Below, piece by piece: positions 18,487 to 28,682 of a DNA stretch of 48,627 nucleotides (position 1 is the first letter of the stretch; each line of letters begins with the position of its first letter). The DNA is from Candidatus Tayloriibacteriota bacterium (GTDB lineage: Bacteria; Patescibacteriota; Minisyncoccia; Phycocordibacterales; SIBU01). Location of the stretch: the NCBI GenBank assembly GCA_009695005.1, contig SIBU01000005.1:1-48627 (forward strand), in the 5' to 3' direction. The position numbers were made by a program, and so were the translations under genes. The notes under the pieces are model-generated. The model was given only the letters and a program-made list of their open reading frames with translations, made no database searches and was not told the DNA's origin.

Positions 18487-21240
18487 TTATTTCTGATACT
18501 TCTTCATTATCTCCCCCTCCACCTCACTTCGATCTCGGCCAAATTTAAGATATGAAAGTTCTTTCAAGTTCGCAATGATGTCCTTGTTACCTGGTGGTGG
18601 TGCCATAGTTTCAATATTGAAAGGCTTCACAGGACTACCGTTGACCAAAAGTTTGAGATAGGCGTTGCGGTTGTCCAAATTGACAATGTCATGCTCGGTA
18701 AACACCGGCTCAAGCTGCTTCGCCAAAAATTCTGCATCCTCTGAACCGACTCGGAACACCGCAAGAGAACCAACGTTACCGAACACAGCATCGCGAATCT
18801 TTTCTTCAAGTTGCTTAATAAATTGGTGAGCAACATGAAGAGAAAGTTTGTACTTGCGTGCCTCCGAAAGAATCGTTGAGATTGAGTCGGTGGTAATGTT
18901 CTGGAACTCATCGATATAGAGATAAAATGCCGGTAAGTCCTTACCATAGGAATCAACACGAGAAAGAGCGGCCATCAAAATTTTACCGACAAGAATAAGC
19001 CCAATCAAGTTTGCGTTTATATCACCAAGCCTTCCCTTAGCCAAATTGACCAGGAGAATTTTCTTACTGTCCATAATCTCGCGAAAATTGAAACTGGATT
19101 GCTCCTGAGCAATAATGGGCCGCATGATATCGTTTGCCAAAAAGTTATCGAACTTTGAAACGATGTACGGCACAATATTTGCAAGCGACGCTTCCCCACC
19201 TGCCTTATCCGCCACCTCACGCCAAAACTGAACAACAATAGGGTTTTTACATTTCGAAAGTTTCATTTCTCGAAATGTTTTGTTGGCTAGCACTCTTGAA
19301 ACATCTAAAAGTGTATTTCCCGTAGTAGGATCTTCGATAGTCAAAAGAACCGCATTTCTAAAATACTGCTCAAACATCGGACCACCTGCGGTTTTCATAT
19401 CAAACAACTTATTGAAAATCGAAAGTAACTCATTTACCACAAACGTCTTCTGCTCTGGGAATCGGACGTCGTATTCGAGCATATTGAGCGCCATAGGGCG
19501 CGCGGTATAAGATGGATCAAAATAAATCAAATCCTCATATCTTTCAGGAGGGATGGAGGCCAAGATATCTTGAATGTCGGCTCCGTGCGGATCAATCATG
19601 CACACACCTTCACCGTTTTGAATATCCTGAACAATCATATTTTTAAGAAGTGTAGTCTTACCGGTTCCGGTCTGACCAATGACATAAAAGTGTCGAAGAC
19701 GATCTTCTTTATTCATAAACACCTTTGTCTCGGTTGTGCGATTACGATTTACGCCAAGAAGAACACCTTGCTGAGGTAAATCAATCGGCGCGGCTGCGCT
19801 TCCGGCCTTGGCACTTTTAAGTTGTGGGGAAGATTGAATACGACTAGATGGAAAATGCATCATGGTGGTTACTTCTTTTATATTCAAAGGTATAGCTTCA
19901 TCTTCTTCAAAAATTCTAAAAGAGTAATCGTGAAGCAAACGCTTAAATTTTCTACCCCCAAAAAATCTCTCGAATTTCAATTTATTGCCATGGGTATTCT
20001 CAAATTGGTTAAAAGCCGCCTCCAGATCACCCAAAATGGCCAGAGCAGAAGATTTGTCTTCTGCCGACGCAATCACCCTAATTGACACCAAAAGCATCGG
20101 GCTACTCACTTTATTTTTCACTTGCTCAATCGCCACATCATCTGTTTTTGAAGGCTCAGGATCATCTTTTTTCTTTTTAGTATCGGAATGACGCCCAGAC
20201 AAGGCGTCTTTAAAACCCTTTGCGAATTCTCCAAAAAAAGTCATTCGAATATCAGTTGCCCTCCTGACTGATACACCCTTCTGCAACTTCTTTAAAGCTT
20301 CCTGGTATTTTTCATGATACTTTTCCGGCGCAGTCCTGAAAACAAACTGGACCGCTGCACCTTGTCCATTTTTTTTTATTTTAGAAAAACTGTTAAGTAA
20401 AACATTTAACGGGTCGATTTCAAACTCATCGTAAACCTTAATCGGAAAAATACAGTTACGCGACGATTCGGCAAGAGAACCGACAGACACGCCAGTCTCA
20501 TTAAAAACATTGTAATCGTTTTTTGCCTCGCGGATTTTTGCATTATGAAAAATCGACAGTATTTGTTTTTCAAACAGTGGCCGTTTGGAATTCGGAACAG
20601 AAGCGTAAAAAATAAACTCCTCGCTACCGTTACTGTTGGCAATCTCAATTGAAAAAGATTGCTCGCTTGTGTCGGACTCGTGGGAAATACTGAGCATGCC
20701 TGCATAAAACTGTTCCATACCAGAAATAAGTTTTTTAAGCTCCTTCTCACCTTCCTCTTTGTTAATTTCGGGCAGAGTAATCTCATAAAGAGTGCTATTT
20801 AGAGCTTTGCCGAGCAGGTTTTTTTCATTTAGTCCTTTAACGGCAAAACCCGCCTTTATGTACTGAACCAAAAAACGATGAAAATCGTCCTCAAGATGGA
20901 AATCATTGATTTTTTGAATGATACTTAAGGTATTTTTTATCCCCTTTTGCTCGAGGATGCCAATCAGCTCCTCGATTTTTTTATCATGCGTTTCCGGAGA
21001 CAGGTCCAAAACAATAGCGTCCTGATGAAAATGTCCCATTTCAAGACTTGGAGAAATTACCTCCTTGGCAGGTATTGCAGAATACTCCTTAATAACTTCT
21101 TTTACTGCCTTGTCCTGACTGATTTCGTTACCTCTGGAAATCGCTTCCGCCTGATGACGGGAAACTTCTTGACGCAAAAAATTCAGCTCTTCTTCGGGTG
21201 ACGAAAAACTTTTTTTCTCTCGGCTAAATTGTTGCTCCAT
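18487..21240 (-). CDS. VirD4/TraG-like (HerA/FtsK superfamily) ATPase
   Basis: RLRHFYVIGQTGTGKT, IDPHG, YLYIDEFQN, EARKY, AHQ, FGNVG. Confidence 0.92.
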   Translation of the reverse strand: MEQQFSREKKSFSSPEEELNFLRQEVSRHQAEAISRGNEISQDKAVKEVIKEYSAIPAKEVISPSLEMGHFHQDAIVLDLSPETHDKKIEELIGILEQKGIKNTLSIIQKINDFHLEDDFHRFLVQYIKAGFAVKGLNEKNLLGKALNSTLYEITLPEINKEEGEKELKKLISGMEQFYAGMLSISHESDTSEQSFSIEIANSNGSEEFIFYASVPNSKRPLFEKQILSIFHNAKIREAKNDYNVFNETGVSVGSLAESSRNCIFPIKVYDEFEIDPLNVLLNSFSKIKKNGQGAAVQFVFRTAPEKYHEKYQEALKKLQKGVSVRRATDIRMTFFGEFAKGFKDALSGRHSDTKKKKDDPEPSKTDDVAIEQVKNKVSSPMLLVSIRVIASAEDKSSALAILGDLEAAFNQFENTHGNKLKFERFFGGRKFKRLLHDYSFRIFEEDEAIPLNIKEVTTMMHFPSSRIQSSPQLKSAKAGSAAAPIDLPQQGVLLGVNRNRTTETKVFMNKEDRLRHFYVIGQTGTGKTTLLKNMIVQDIQNGEGVCMIDPHGADIQDILASIPPERYEDLIYFDPSYTARPMALNMLEYDVRFPEQKTFVVNELLSIFNKLFDMKTAGGPMFEQYFRNAVLLTIEDPTTGNTLLDVSRVLANKTFREMKLSKCKNPIVVQFWREVADKAGGEASLANIVPYIVSKFDNFLANDIMRPIIAQEQSSFNFREIMDSKKILLVNLAKGRLGDINANLIGLILVGKILMAALSRVDSYGKDLPAFYLYIDEFQNITTDSISTILSEARKYKLSLHVAHQFIKQLEEKIRDAVFGNVGSLAVFRVGSEDAEFLAKQLEPVFTEHDIVNLDNRNAYLKLLVNGSPVKPFNIETMAPPPGNKDIIANLKELSYLKFGRDRSEVEGEIMKKYQK

Positions 21241-21306
21241 AATAAAAATTATACCCTATTACCGCTTTGGGTAACAGGGTTAATTTATAAATAAATTTGA
21301 AATACA

Positions 21307-22242
21307 TTACTTGCCTGGACGCCTCCCTTTTGATTCTGGTCTTGGCCCATTGTGATTGTCCCTTGATCCGCCCGGCCCTTTGGAGACTCCTCCGATTCCA
21401 AACGTAATAGTCTGAGATAGTTGAGGACCTGGAAAAATTTTTACTTTATGTACGACAGGGGCAGAATCAAAACCACCAACAACCTGACTGCTGTATCCAA
21501 TAGTTTGAGTTACAGCAGGTATTACCCTTATGCCTGGTTGCTGATTTGCTACCTCCACCTGAGGAACGGTGCTTTGATTAAAATTAGTAGCAGCTTGGAC
21601 AGAATAACCCGGTGTTTTCAATGCTTGAGATTCTGCTTGGGCTCGTTCCTCAAGCCATTTTCTAGCCTTTGCGGCATTTTCAAAATCTTTTTCAGTTGTT
21701 GGTTTCCACACACCAGCTTCTTCACCATACACAAACTTATTTGTACTAGCAGGCTGAGCCTCGGCTTGAAAAATCGGAACTTTATTCACTTGAGTCCCTG
21801 ATGGCACTTTATCACCAACCTTATAAATAGGTACACCTCCTGAACTATTTTTTGAGTGCGCCTTAACATCTTCCGCATGAAGCTCCTCACCTCCAATCAA
21901 ACCCAGAGTTGCAAGTCCTAAAACTGCCCACCTTCTAAATCTTGTTAGAAGAGTTTTATTTATCCTTTTACTTTCGAAAGATCCACTTTGCAAATCATTC
22001 TGCAGTGGTATAAATTCTTTCTCTGGTGGATAAAGAGGTACAAAACCTTTTTCCTTCAAATTTTTACGAACATTTCCAAGCAAAAGATCATCAACCTCTG
22101 ACTGGCCGACTAAACCTGACTCAGACTCCGCCTCAACCTCCTTTATTTGATTTAACGGTAAAACCTCTAATGGGATTTTCACTTCCTCAATCACTTCTCG
22201 AGCACCTGAATCAAAAGGTGAGACTTCCGATGAATTTTTCAT
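21307..22242 (-). CDS. Hypothetical protein with internal signal-like/TM segment
   Basis: 311-aa ORF; RFRRWAVLGLATLGLIGG follows a ~100-aa acidic N-terminal region. Confidence 0.7.
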   Translation of the reverse strand: MKNSSEVSPFDSGAREVIEEVKIPLEVLPLNQIKEVEAESESGLVGQSEVDDLLLGNVRKNLKEKGFVPLYPPEKEFIPLQNDLQSGSFESKRINKTLLTRFRRWAVLGLATLGLIGGEELHAEDVKAHSKNSSGGVPIYKVGDKVPSGTQVNKVPIFQAEAQPASTNKFVYGEEAGVWKPTTEKDFENAAKARKWLEERAQAESQALKTPGYSVQAATNFNQSTVPQVEVANQQPGIRVIPAVTQTIGYSSQVVGGFDSAPVVHKVKIFPGPQLSQTITFGIGGVSKGPGGSRDNHNGPRPESKGRRPGK

Positions 22243-22275
22243 ATTACTAATATGATTATGAATATAGCATTAGAA

Positions 22276-22364
22276 TATCACTATTTGGTCAAAACTTCAG
22301 CCCCTCCTTCGGTTATGAGGATGGTTTTCTTGAAATGAGCGTTAGTTTAGCGTCTGCTTTGCGG
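22276..22364 (-). pseudogene. Degenerate duplicate of the map 3' end
   Basis: Aligns to 25035-25124. 46 bp are identical (22285-22330 = 25044-25089). Encodes ..HFKKTILITEGGAEVLTK*, with a 1-nt deletion upstream. Confidence 0.92.
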
Positions 22365-22421
22365 CATAAGTAGTCATTTACGATTAAAAGAACCCTCCTC
22401 TCGTCGCACAAAAAAAGAAAA

Positions 22422-22748
22422 TTATTTCGAGGATAGTGACAACCTTACCTTAGCTAAATTATACTTCTCATCAAAATTTTTACGCATCTCATCAAGTTTT
22501 TTCCACTCCCGCACCGTTTCCTCAAGAGACTGTTTGTAGTGAGCCAAAATATTATTCGTGACATCAAGATAAGCTTCCGCTATCGCAACATGGACCGCCC
22601 CAACTTCAGATTTTGAAAGCGGAGTTTGCCTGATATCAGCAATCAAGTCATCAATATTATTCCAATCAGCCACATCGCCCTCAACTTTATTTTTTGACTC
22701 TTTTTTACCAACAGGACTTATCGTCTTTATGTGATTATTTCTCTTCAT
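22422..22748 (-). CDS. Hypothetical helical protein (108 aa)
   Basis: ATG directly after the stop of the 759-aa gene, suggesting translational coupling. Confidence 0.7.
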   Translation of the reverse strand: MKRNNHIKTISPVGKKESKNKVEGDVADWNNIDDLIADIRQTPLSKSEVGAVHVAIAEAYLDVTNNILAHYKQSLEETVREWKKLDEMRKNFDEKYNLAKVRLSLSSK

Positions 22749-22749
22749 A

Positions 22750-25029
22750 TTATTTCTCTTGAACAATCGCCCTTTTCTGCTCCCCGACAAGAGCCTCCAA
22801 ATGAATCGCCTTCTGACGGGATTCTTGAGCTTGTTTTTTACCACTAATAGTTAATATATCAAATTTTACTTTGCTAATAACCCCTAACTCTTTCTCGAGT
22901 TTCATGACTATTAAACCCCTAACCTCCTCTCGCGATTTTGAACCCAATTTCTCCTTGGCAGTCAGCTTATCTAAGGCCTTCTGTAGGGTGCCAAATCGTC
23001 CTGAAGATAGCGCCATTGAGTGGCTAATGGCCTTTTCTACATCTCGTTCTATCCCACTATCCAGAGCCGTATCCAACCATTGTTTTAAAACACCTAAATC
23101 AACCGTCCCAGGCTCATCAAGATAATCTACACCTTTATCTAAACTTGCCTGAACAGCCCGCTCAAAAAGAGTGTGTGCCTCATCAATTTTTTCAGTATTC
23201 TCTGAACCACTTTTCACAGCAACAGTAATCTTTTCTCTAACCTTTGCACGAGCCAAACCGACGAGTTTTGCTTTCAATTCACTGTCTGCAAAAAGTTCAA
23301 TTTTCCCAGCATCTAATTTTCTACAAACTTCCACTCTTCTTGCCTCAAATTCCGCCATCTTCAGATTAGTGTTTTCAAAATTTTTAATTTCTTCAGCAAT
23401 CTGGATCTCAATCAGATTCAATCCAGTCCTAAGTTCCTTAGACGAAAGACCCTGACCAAAGGTGCTGATAAGCTCCAACCCACTCGAACGTGCCATTGTT
23501 TCTCTAACTTCTGAACGAATTCTTGCCTTTTCCGCGCTTGCCTCAGAACCGAAAAGAGCCGCGACGGAGTGCGTCCACCCAGCCCCAGTCCAAAAATCAT
23601 TTGTATCCAAAGCAACCTGAAAATTTCTTTGCCTTGCTCTAAGACATTGAACTGCCTGGTCATGTGCCTCTTGAGTTAGACAAGCCTTAAGAGCCGCTAC
23701 TTGGCTTTCCAATAAAGCAACCGAGTCTGAAAGTTCCTTGTTGGTTTTTAACTTCTCGCCGAGAACCCGTAGTGCTTCTGGATTATTATGTGCTTGTCGT
23801 TCTATATGCTCGCGTACAGCCTTCTTCCCTTCCCCATCAAGAGAAAGGCCTATATCCTTCGTAATGGCTTCCGCATACAAAGCGTGTACGCTATTCGCCA
23901 CAGCGTCTTTGGTCGCAAATACCTCAAACAATTTACGGACTGCTTCTTTGTCCTCCATATCTACATTTTTGCCAAACTTTTCCGACTCGATGATAAACGA
24001 ATCAAATCCTGGCACATCCATCGCCTTTCCAATATCAAAACCTGCCGGGTCTTCTAGGACAGCTTGGACAATTTCAACACTTGGTGAACTTATTATCTGA
24101 ATCGGCTGCTCGGTAGCTACTTTAGAAGCTTCAGGACGAGGAGGCGCATCAGGAGCAGGAGTTGATTTAGAATCAACTTTTGTTAGATACTCAACATAAA
24201 CCGAATGATTTTCCCTCATGCCAGGATCAACAGGATAAATTGGGTCATCCTCAAATCTCGCGGCTACTTTGCCATCACCGTCTTCCCAAAACGCAATAAT
24301 TTTCTTAGGACTTTTCCAAACAGGTAAACCTCCATTCTCAAGCACCATCACCTCATCCCCAACATTCAACCCCCTTCTCCTTTCCAGAGAAATTTCAGTT
24401 TTATTTTTTTCCTCTTCATTGGCTGGTTTAAGTACGGTTTCTTCGGAAGCCTTGATGGACATCAGGTATTCGATATACCCCTCAAATATTGTTACAGCTT
24501 TCAAATTAGCAATTCGCTCATCAATTTTCTTTAGGCTGTTTACAAAACTTTGTATTAAAATTGCCTTTTGGCCAGACTTCAATTTGCCGAAGTCGTCATT
24601 ATCAATATAAGCCAAATTCTTCTGAAGAGTATCCGCAACATCTTTACCTGGGTGCTTGCCAGATTCAAATGAAACCTCACTTAACTTCGAAATCTTAACA
24701 ATTAACTCCTGCATAGTTTCTGTCTCAGTAAGCTCGAGAGTCTCTGCATTATCAGTATTCCTATCAATCTTGCTTTCCATTAAAGTTCCAACTCCTTGAT
24801 TAAGTTGAAGTGCTTCTTCAAGACGTTTTATATCCGGTAAACCGGCAATTTTTGCATCAATGACTTCATCTACACTCAAATTATTAGGCAATTTTAATCC
24901 TTCAGCTGATGTGGGAACCTGGAGGTTAGGGTTTTCACCAACAATTTCCAACCTCTTCTCACGAAAAGCATCACTGACTTCATTTACACTTGGATTATTA
25001 TCAACTTTTTCAGAACTTTCCATGTGCAT
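22750..25029 (-). CDS. Large hypothetical helical protein with a possible SH3/Tudor-like insert
   Basis: 759-aa ORF; small beta-rich segment 'LNVGDEVMV..' followed by a Pro-rich linker. Confidence 0.8.
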   Translation of the reverse strand: MHMESSEKVDNNPSVNEVSDAFREKRLEIVGENPNLQVPTSAEGLKLPNNLSVDEVIDAKIAGLPDIKRLEEALQLNQGVGTLMESKIDRNTDNAETLELTETETMQELIVKISKLSEVSFESGKHPGKDVADTLQKNLAYIDNDDFGKLKSGQKAILIQSFVNSLKKIDERIANLKAVTIFEGYIEYLMSIKASEETVLKPANEEEKNKTEISLERRRGLNVGDEVMVLENGGLPVWKSPKKIIAFWEDGDGKVAARFEDDPIYPVDPGMRENHSVYVEYLTKVDSKSTPAPDAPPRPEASKVATEQPIQIISSPSVEIVQAVLEDPAGFDIGKAMDVPGFDSFIIESEKFGKNVDMEDKEAVRKLFEVFATKDAVANSVHALYAEAITKDIGLSLDGEGKKAVREHIERQAHNNPEALRVLGEKLKTNKELSDSVALLESQVAALKACLTQEAHDQAVQCLRARQRNFQVALDTNDFWTGAGWTHSVAALFGSEASAEKARIRSEVRETMARSSGLELISTFGQGLSSKELRTGLNLIEIQIAEEIKNFENTNLKMAEFEARRVEVCRKLDAGKIELFADSELKAKLVGLARAKVREKITVAVKSGSENTEKIDEAHTLFERAVQASLDKGVDYLDEPGTVDLGVLKQWLDTALDSGIERDVEKAISHSMALSSGRFGTLQKALDKLTAKEKLGSKSREEVRGLIVMKLEKELGVISKVKFDILTISGKKQAQESRQKAIHLEALVGEQKRAIVQEK

Positions 25030-25036
25030 AATGTTA

Positions 25037-25810
25037 TCACAACTTGGTCAAAACTTCAGCCCCTCCTTCGGTTATGAGGATGGTTTTCTCGAAATGGGCG
25101 CTACGTTTAGCATCTGCTGTGCGGTAGGTATAACCATCCGCGTCCAAAATAACGTTTTTTGTGCCCTCATTTACCATAGGCTCTATAGCAATCACCATAC
25201 CAGGCTTTAGAACTGGGCCTTGATTCTTTTTGCCATAATTCGGAACGTAAGGATCTTCATGGACCTTGTATCCAACGCCGTGACCAGCAAGCTCTTCAAC
25301 AATACCAAAACTGTGAGGTCTAATATAAGATTCTATAGCGTAACTAATATCCCCCACCTTACCCCCACCTCGAGCAGCCTTAATACCGACATCAAGAGCT
25401 TCCATGGTAACTTTTAAAAGTTTAACCGCAATCTCATCAACTTTTCCGACAGCCACAGTGGTTGCCATATCGGTGTATAAACCATTATGAATAAGCCCCA
25501 TATCTAAAGATACGATGTCACCTTCCTTCAAAACCTTTTCGCTTTCGTTTGGAATGCCATGCACAACTTCGTCATTTACAGAAACACAAAGAGACGCCGG
25601 ATAAGGACGCAGTGCGCCATAAGGTTTGTAGTTAAAAAAAGCAGATTTGTCTCCTCCCGCAGCGACAAGCTTTTCTGCTAAGGAATTGAGTTCGGCTGCG
25701 GTTCGCCCTGGGCGAACCGCAGCTTCTAGTTCGCGCAAAATTTTTGCCAGCCTCTTTCCCCCCTCCCTTAAAATTTTTATTTCCGATTCTGTTTTGATAG
25801 TAATATTCAT
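25037..25810 (-). CDS. map: Methionine aminopeptidase type I
   Basis: CVSVNDEVVHGIP, GHGVG..VHEDP, AIEPM, SAHFE. Confidence 0.97.
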   Translation of the reverse strand: MNITIKTESEIKILREGGKRLAKILRELEAAVRPGRTAAELNSLAEKLVAAGGDKSAFFNYKPYGALRPYPASLCVSVNDEVVHGIPNESEKVLKEGDIVSLDMGLIHNGLYTDMATTVAVGKVDEIAVKLLKVTMEALDVGIKAARGGGKVGDISYAIESYIRPHSFGIVEELAGHGVGYKVHEDPYVPNYGKKNQGPVLKPGMVIAIEPMVNEGTKNVILDADGYTYRTADAKRSAHFEKTILITEGGAEVLTKL

Positions 25811-25942
25811 AAAATTGAAAACCAAAATCCTAAAAAACGATACTAAAGTTACAATACCAGAACCTCAAACAAATGCCAATCGTTTGTAATTTCTAATTTA
25901 TAACTCGTGATTTTTTTGGGTTTAGTGCTTGAATTTTGAGAT

Positions 25943-26632
25943 TTATCCTTTTATCACTGTTCCTTTAAACGGCGTACCTTCAATATAGTTTTTTAAATTA
26001 TCTATAGGTTTACCGTTCATCAAAGCAACTTCCAACCCAAGTTCTTGCGCTAATTTTGCAGCTATAGGATCAAACGGGGCATTAAGTCCCGGCTCCCATT
26101 TTTCCGGAATTATCTTTCTAAAATCACTCCATGATATTTTTTCAATTTTTTTGGCATCGGGATTATTTTTAGGATCCTTGTCATAAACGAAATCAATATT
26201 GGACAAATTTATAACCTGTTTAGCCCCAACTTCTTTGGCAAACAATACCGCAACATAATCCGTACTATGCCCAGGAGCTTGTGCACCGCCAACTACCAAT
26301 GGTTTAGTAGTCTTGGAAATATCCTTTGGATCAGTTACCACTTCTGGATGCGCAAGAGAGCCGAAAATAATACGGATAAACTCGGCATTCAAACGCAAGG
26401 AATAAATTCCCACCCAATCTAACTCGTCTGATGAAAGATTGGCAATTTCCTTACCTGCTGATTGGTAACGGCGCGCTGTCCTACCTCCTCCCGCAACCAA
26501 AATAAACTCTTTACCTTCCTTTATTTTAGATTCTAAAAAAACTTTTAAACAGGAAACAAAGTTAACATCCACAACGTCTGGAACAATCAGAGACCCACCA
26601 AGAGATATGACAATTTTTTGGTTACTAGCCAT
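25943..26632 (-). CDS. pyrH: UMP kinase, archaeal type
   Basis: VISLGGS, GGGRTARRY, D..GI, PGHSTD, DP.A. Confidence 0.92.
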   Translation of the reverse strand: MASNQKIVISLGGSLIVPDVVDVNFVSCLKVFLESKIKEGKEFILVAGGGRTARRYQSAGKEIANLSSDELDWVGIYSLRLNAEFIRIIFGSLAHPEVVTDPKDISKTTKPLVVGGAQAPGHSTDYVAVLFAKEVGAKQVINLSNIDFVYDKDPKNNPDAKKIEKISWSDFRKIIPEKWEPGLNAPFDPIAAKLAQELGLEVALMNGKPIDNLKNYIEGTPFKGTVIKG

Positions 26633-27200
26633 TGTGTTCTGAAAGTTTTTTCAAAACTTCCTCGTGTATTTTTTCGGGAGTGCTCATTCCATCGATACCG
26701 ATCACCTTATTTATACTTTTAAAGAAATTGATGGCCTGTTCAGTGTAAGTACGATATTCATTCAAACGAACTTTTATTTTAGCTTCGTCATTGCTATCCA
26801 TTCGTCCGCGCAAAAGTTGACGCTTTATAACTTCTTCATCACTTACTACCAATTCGAAAACTATGTAATCGCGTTCAAGCCATTTGGCCACCTCATCAAA
26901 AAGTCTCGCCTCCGGCTCCTTCCTACCAATCCCCTCGCACACCAACCCCTTTGAAGGTTCTAGATTTAAAAATGCATTCTCAAAAAGATAAGATGCATAC
27001 CAATGAGGCATAAGAATTCCCTGATCATATTCACTGCGCACCCGCTCACCTAATGCATCTTTTCTGGCACGAAGTTTTCGAAATTCATCACCTGTGGAAA
27101 AAACCTCGAATCCAAGCTTTTTCGACAAAAGTTCGCTCTGTGTGCCCTTGCCCGAACCAGTCTTCCCCATCATTAAAATAGTGTTGACATTTGATTTCAT
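26625..27200 (-). CDS. adk: Adenylate kinase family (short, LID-less)
   Basis: GKTGSGKGTQ, STGD.FR, R.D; canonical position after secY. Confidence 0.88.
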   Translation of the reverse strand: MKSNVNTILMMGKTGSGKGTQSELLSKKLGFEVFSTGDEFRKLRARKDALGERVRSEYDQGILMPHWYASYLFENAFLNLEPSKGLVCEGIGRKEPEARLFDEVAKWLERDYIVFELVVSDEEVIKRQLLRGRMDSNDEAKIKVRLNEYRTYTEQAINFFKSINKVIGIDGMSTPEKIHEEVLKKLSEHNG

Positions 27201-27298
27201 GACAAATTTATAGCACAAATACTTATCTTTTACTAATAGTAAAAAACATCCGGAATAATTATTTTCTGGATGTTCTCTATTCCAAACCCTAAACTCTT

Positions 27299-28588
27299 CT
27301 AGTATTCCCTCATTGAAAGCTGAGCATCCACCTTTTTAACCAAATCAAGCACCACAGAAACAACGATAAGAAGTGCAGTACCTCCGATAGCTAAAGATTG
27401 GTCCTGAGTGAAACCTTGAACAATAAACGGCAATACTGCAATAAATCCCAGAAACAACGCGCCGACAAGCGTGATACGAGTCAAAACTTTTGAAATATAA
27501 TTAGAAGTTGCCTGCCCTGGTCTGACACCCGGAATAAAAGCTCCGCTCTTCTGCAAATTTGTAGCGATTGAATCAGGATCAAAAGTAACCGCGGTGTAAA
27601 AGTATGTAAACAAAAATACCAGAAGGAAATAGCTTACTGAATGGAACCAACCATTTGCAAGAAGACCGAGCATAAAGGAAGAGAAATCCTTAACAAAAGA
27701 AATTGACACGTTAGATGACAGGAAGGTGAAAATCAATTGCGGGAAAAGCAAGATTGAAAGTGCAAAGATAATAGGAATAACTCCAGCCTGATTTACGCGA
27801 AGTGGAAGGTACGTTGAAACCCCTCCGTACACTTTATTACCCCTGACACGTTTGGCATAAGTTACGGGAATCGGTCTCTCGGCTTCAGTCACCAACACCA
27901 CGCCAAACACCACCACAAAAGCCACGATGATAAAGCCGATAGTCGTCGGTAAAACACTTGGATCAAAAGATGGGTAAATATATTTATATATAAATTGACT
28001 AATCTCCGTTGGAATACGAGAAACGATACCGGCAAAAATGATCATTGATAAACCATTACCAACACCAAATTCTGTCATAAGTTCACCTAGCCACATCAAA
28101 AGCACAGAACCTCCAGTAATAACTGTGATATTTACGATTCTTCCGAAAAAAGTAATATCTCCCAAAATCCCCTGCTTTTCCAAAAGCAAAAGAAACCCAA
28201 ATGACTGAAGAAGCGCTAAAGGAATTGTAATAATGCGAGAATATTGTGCAAATCTAAGTCTGCCAGCTTCACCCTCTTCATGGTAAAGAGCCTTTAACTT
28301 TGGCGACATCATGGTGGCCAACTGCATAATAATTGAACCCGTAATATAAGGACCAACTCCTAGCATAACAATCGAAAGATTTCCCAACCCTCCACCGGAA
28401 AAAACATCCAAAAGACCAAGAAATTGTTGACTGGCAAGTAGAGCGTGCAACCTTATAGCATCTACTCCAGGAATCGGAATCGAGGCCAACAAACGGAATA
28501 TCACCAAAAGCAGGAGCATAAAAATCACCTTCTTTCTTAGAAGTTTATCTTGAAATACTAATTTGGTTTTAGTGAGAAAATCTTGCAT
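27299..28588 (-). CDS. secY: Preprotein translocase SecY
   Basis: LGVGPYITGSIIMQL, GVGNG.S, NQAGVIPIIFA, IPGVRPG, GGTALLIVV. Confidence 0.98.
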   Translation of the reverse strand: MQDFLTKTKLVFQDKLLRKKVIFMLLLLVIFRLLASIPIPGVDAIRLHALLASQQFLGLLDVFSGGGLGNLSIVMLGVGPYITGSIIMQLATMMSPKLKALYHEEGEAGRLRFAQYSRIITIPLALLQSFGFLLLLEKQGILGDITFFGRIVNITVITGGSVLLMWLGELMTEFGVGNGLSMIIFAGIVSRIPTEISQFIYKYIYPSFDPSVLPTTIGFIIVAFVVVFGVVLVTEAERPIPVTYAKRVRGNKVYGGVSTYLPLRVNQAGVIPIIFALSILLFPQLIFTFLSSNVSISFVKDFSSFMLGLLANGWFHSVSYFLLVFLFTYFYTAVTFDPDSIATNLQKSGAFIPGVRPGQATSNYISKVLTRITLVGALFLGFIAVLPFIVQGFTQDQSLAIGGTALLIVVSVVLDLVKKVDAQLSMREY

Positions 28589-28682
28589 GTCGGGTAAAAT
28601 CAAAAATTAAAATCGAAATCTGAAACAATATCTATTTTCTAATTTTTAAAATTCTAAACATTTCGGGATTTGGAATTCTTTT

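Noticed and set aside
18487-21240. Conjugative element / complete T4SS
   Set aside because: No relaxase, VirB4 partner or mating-pair genes nearby; such lone ATPases are usual in CPR chromosomes.
25037-25039. Alternative genetic code (UGA=Gly, as in Gracilibacteria/Absconditabacteria)
   Set aside because: Conserved genes translate full-length under code 11, and map ends at TGA at the expected position.
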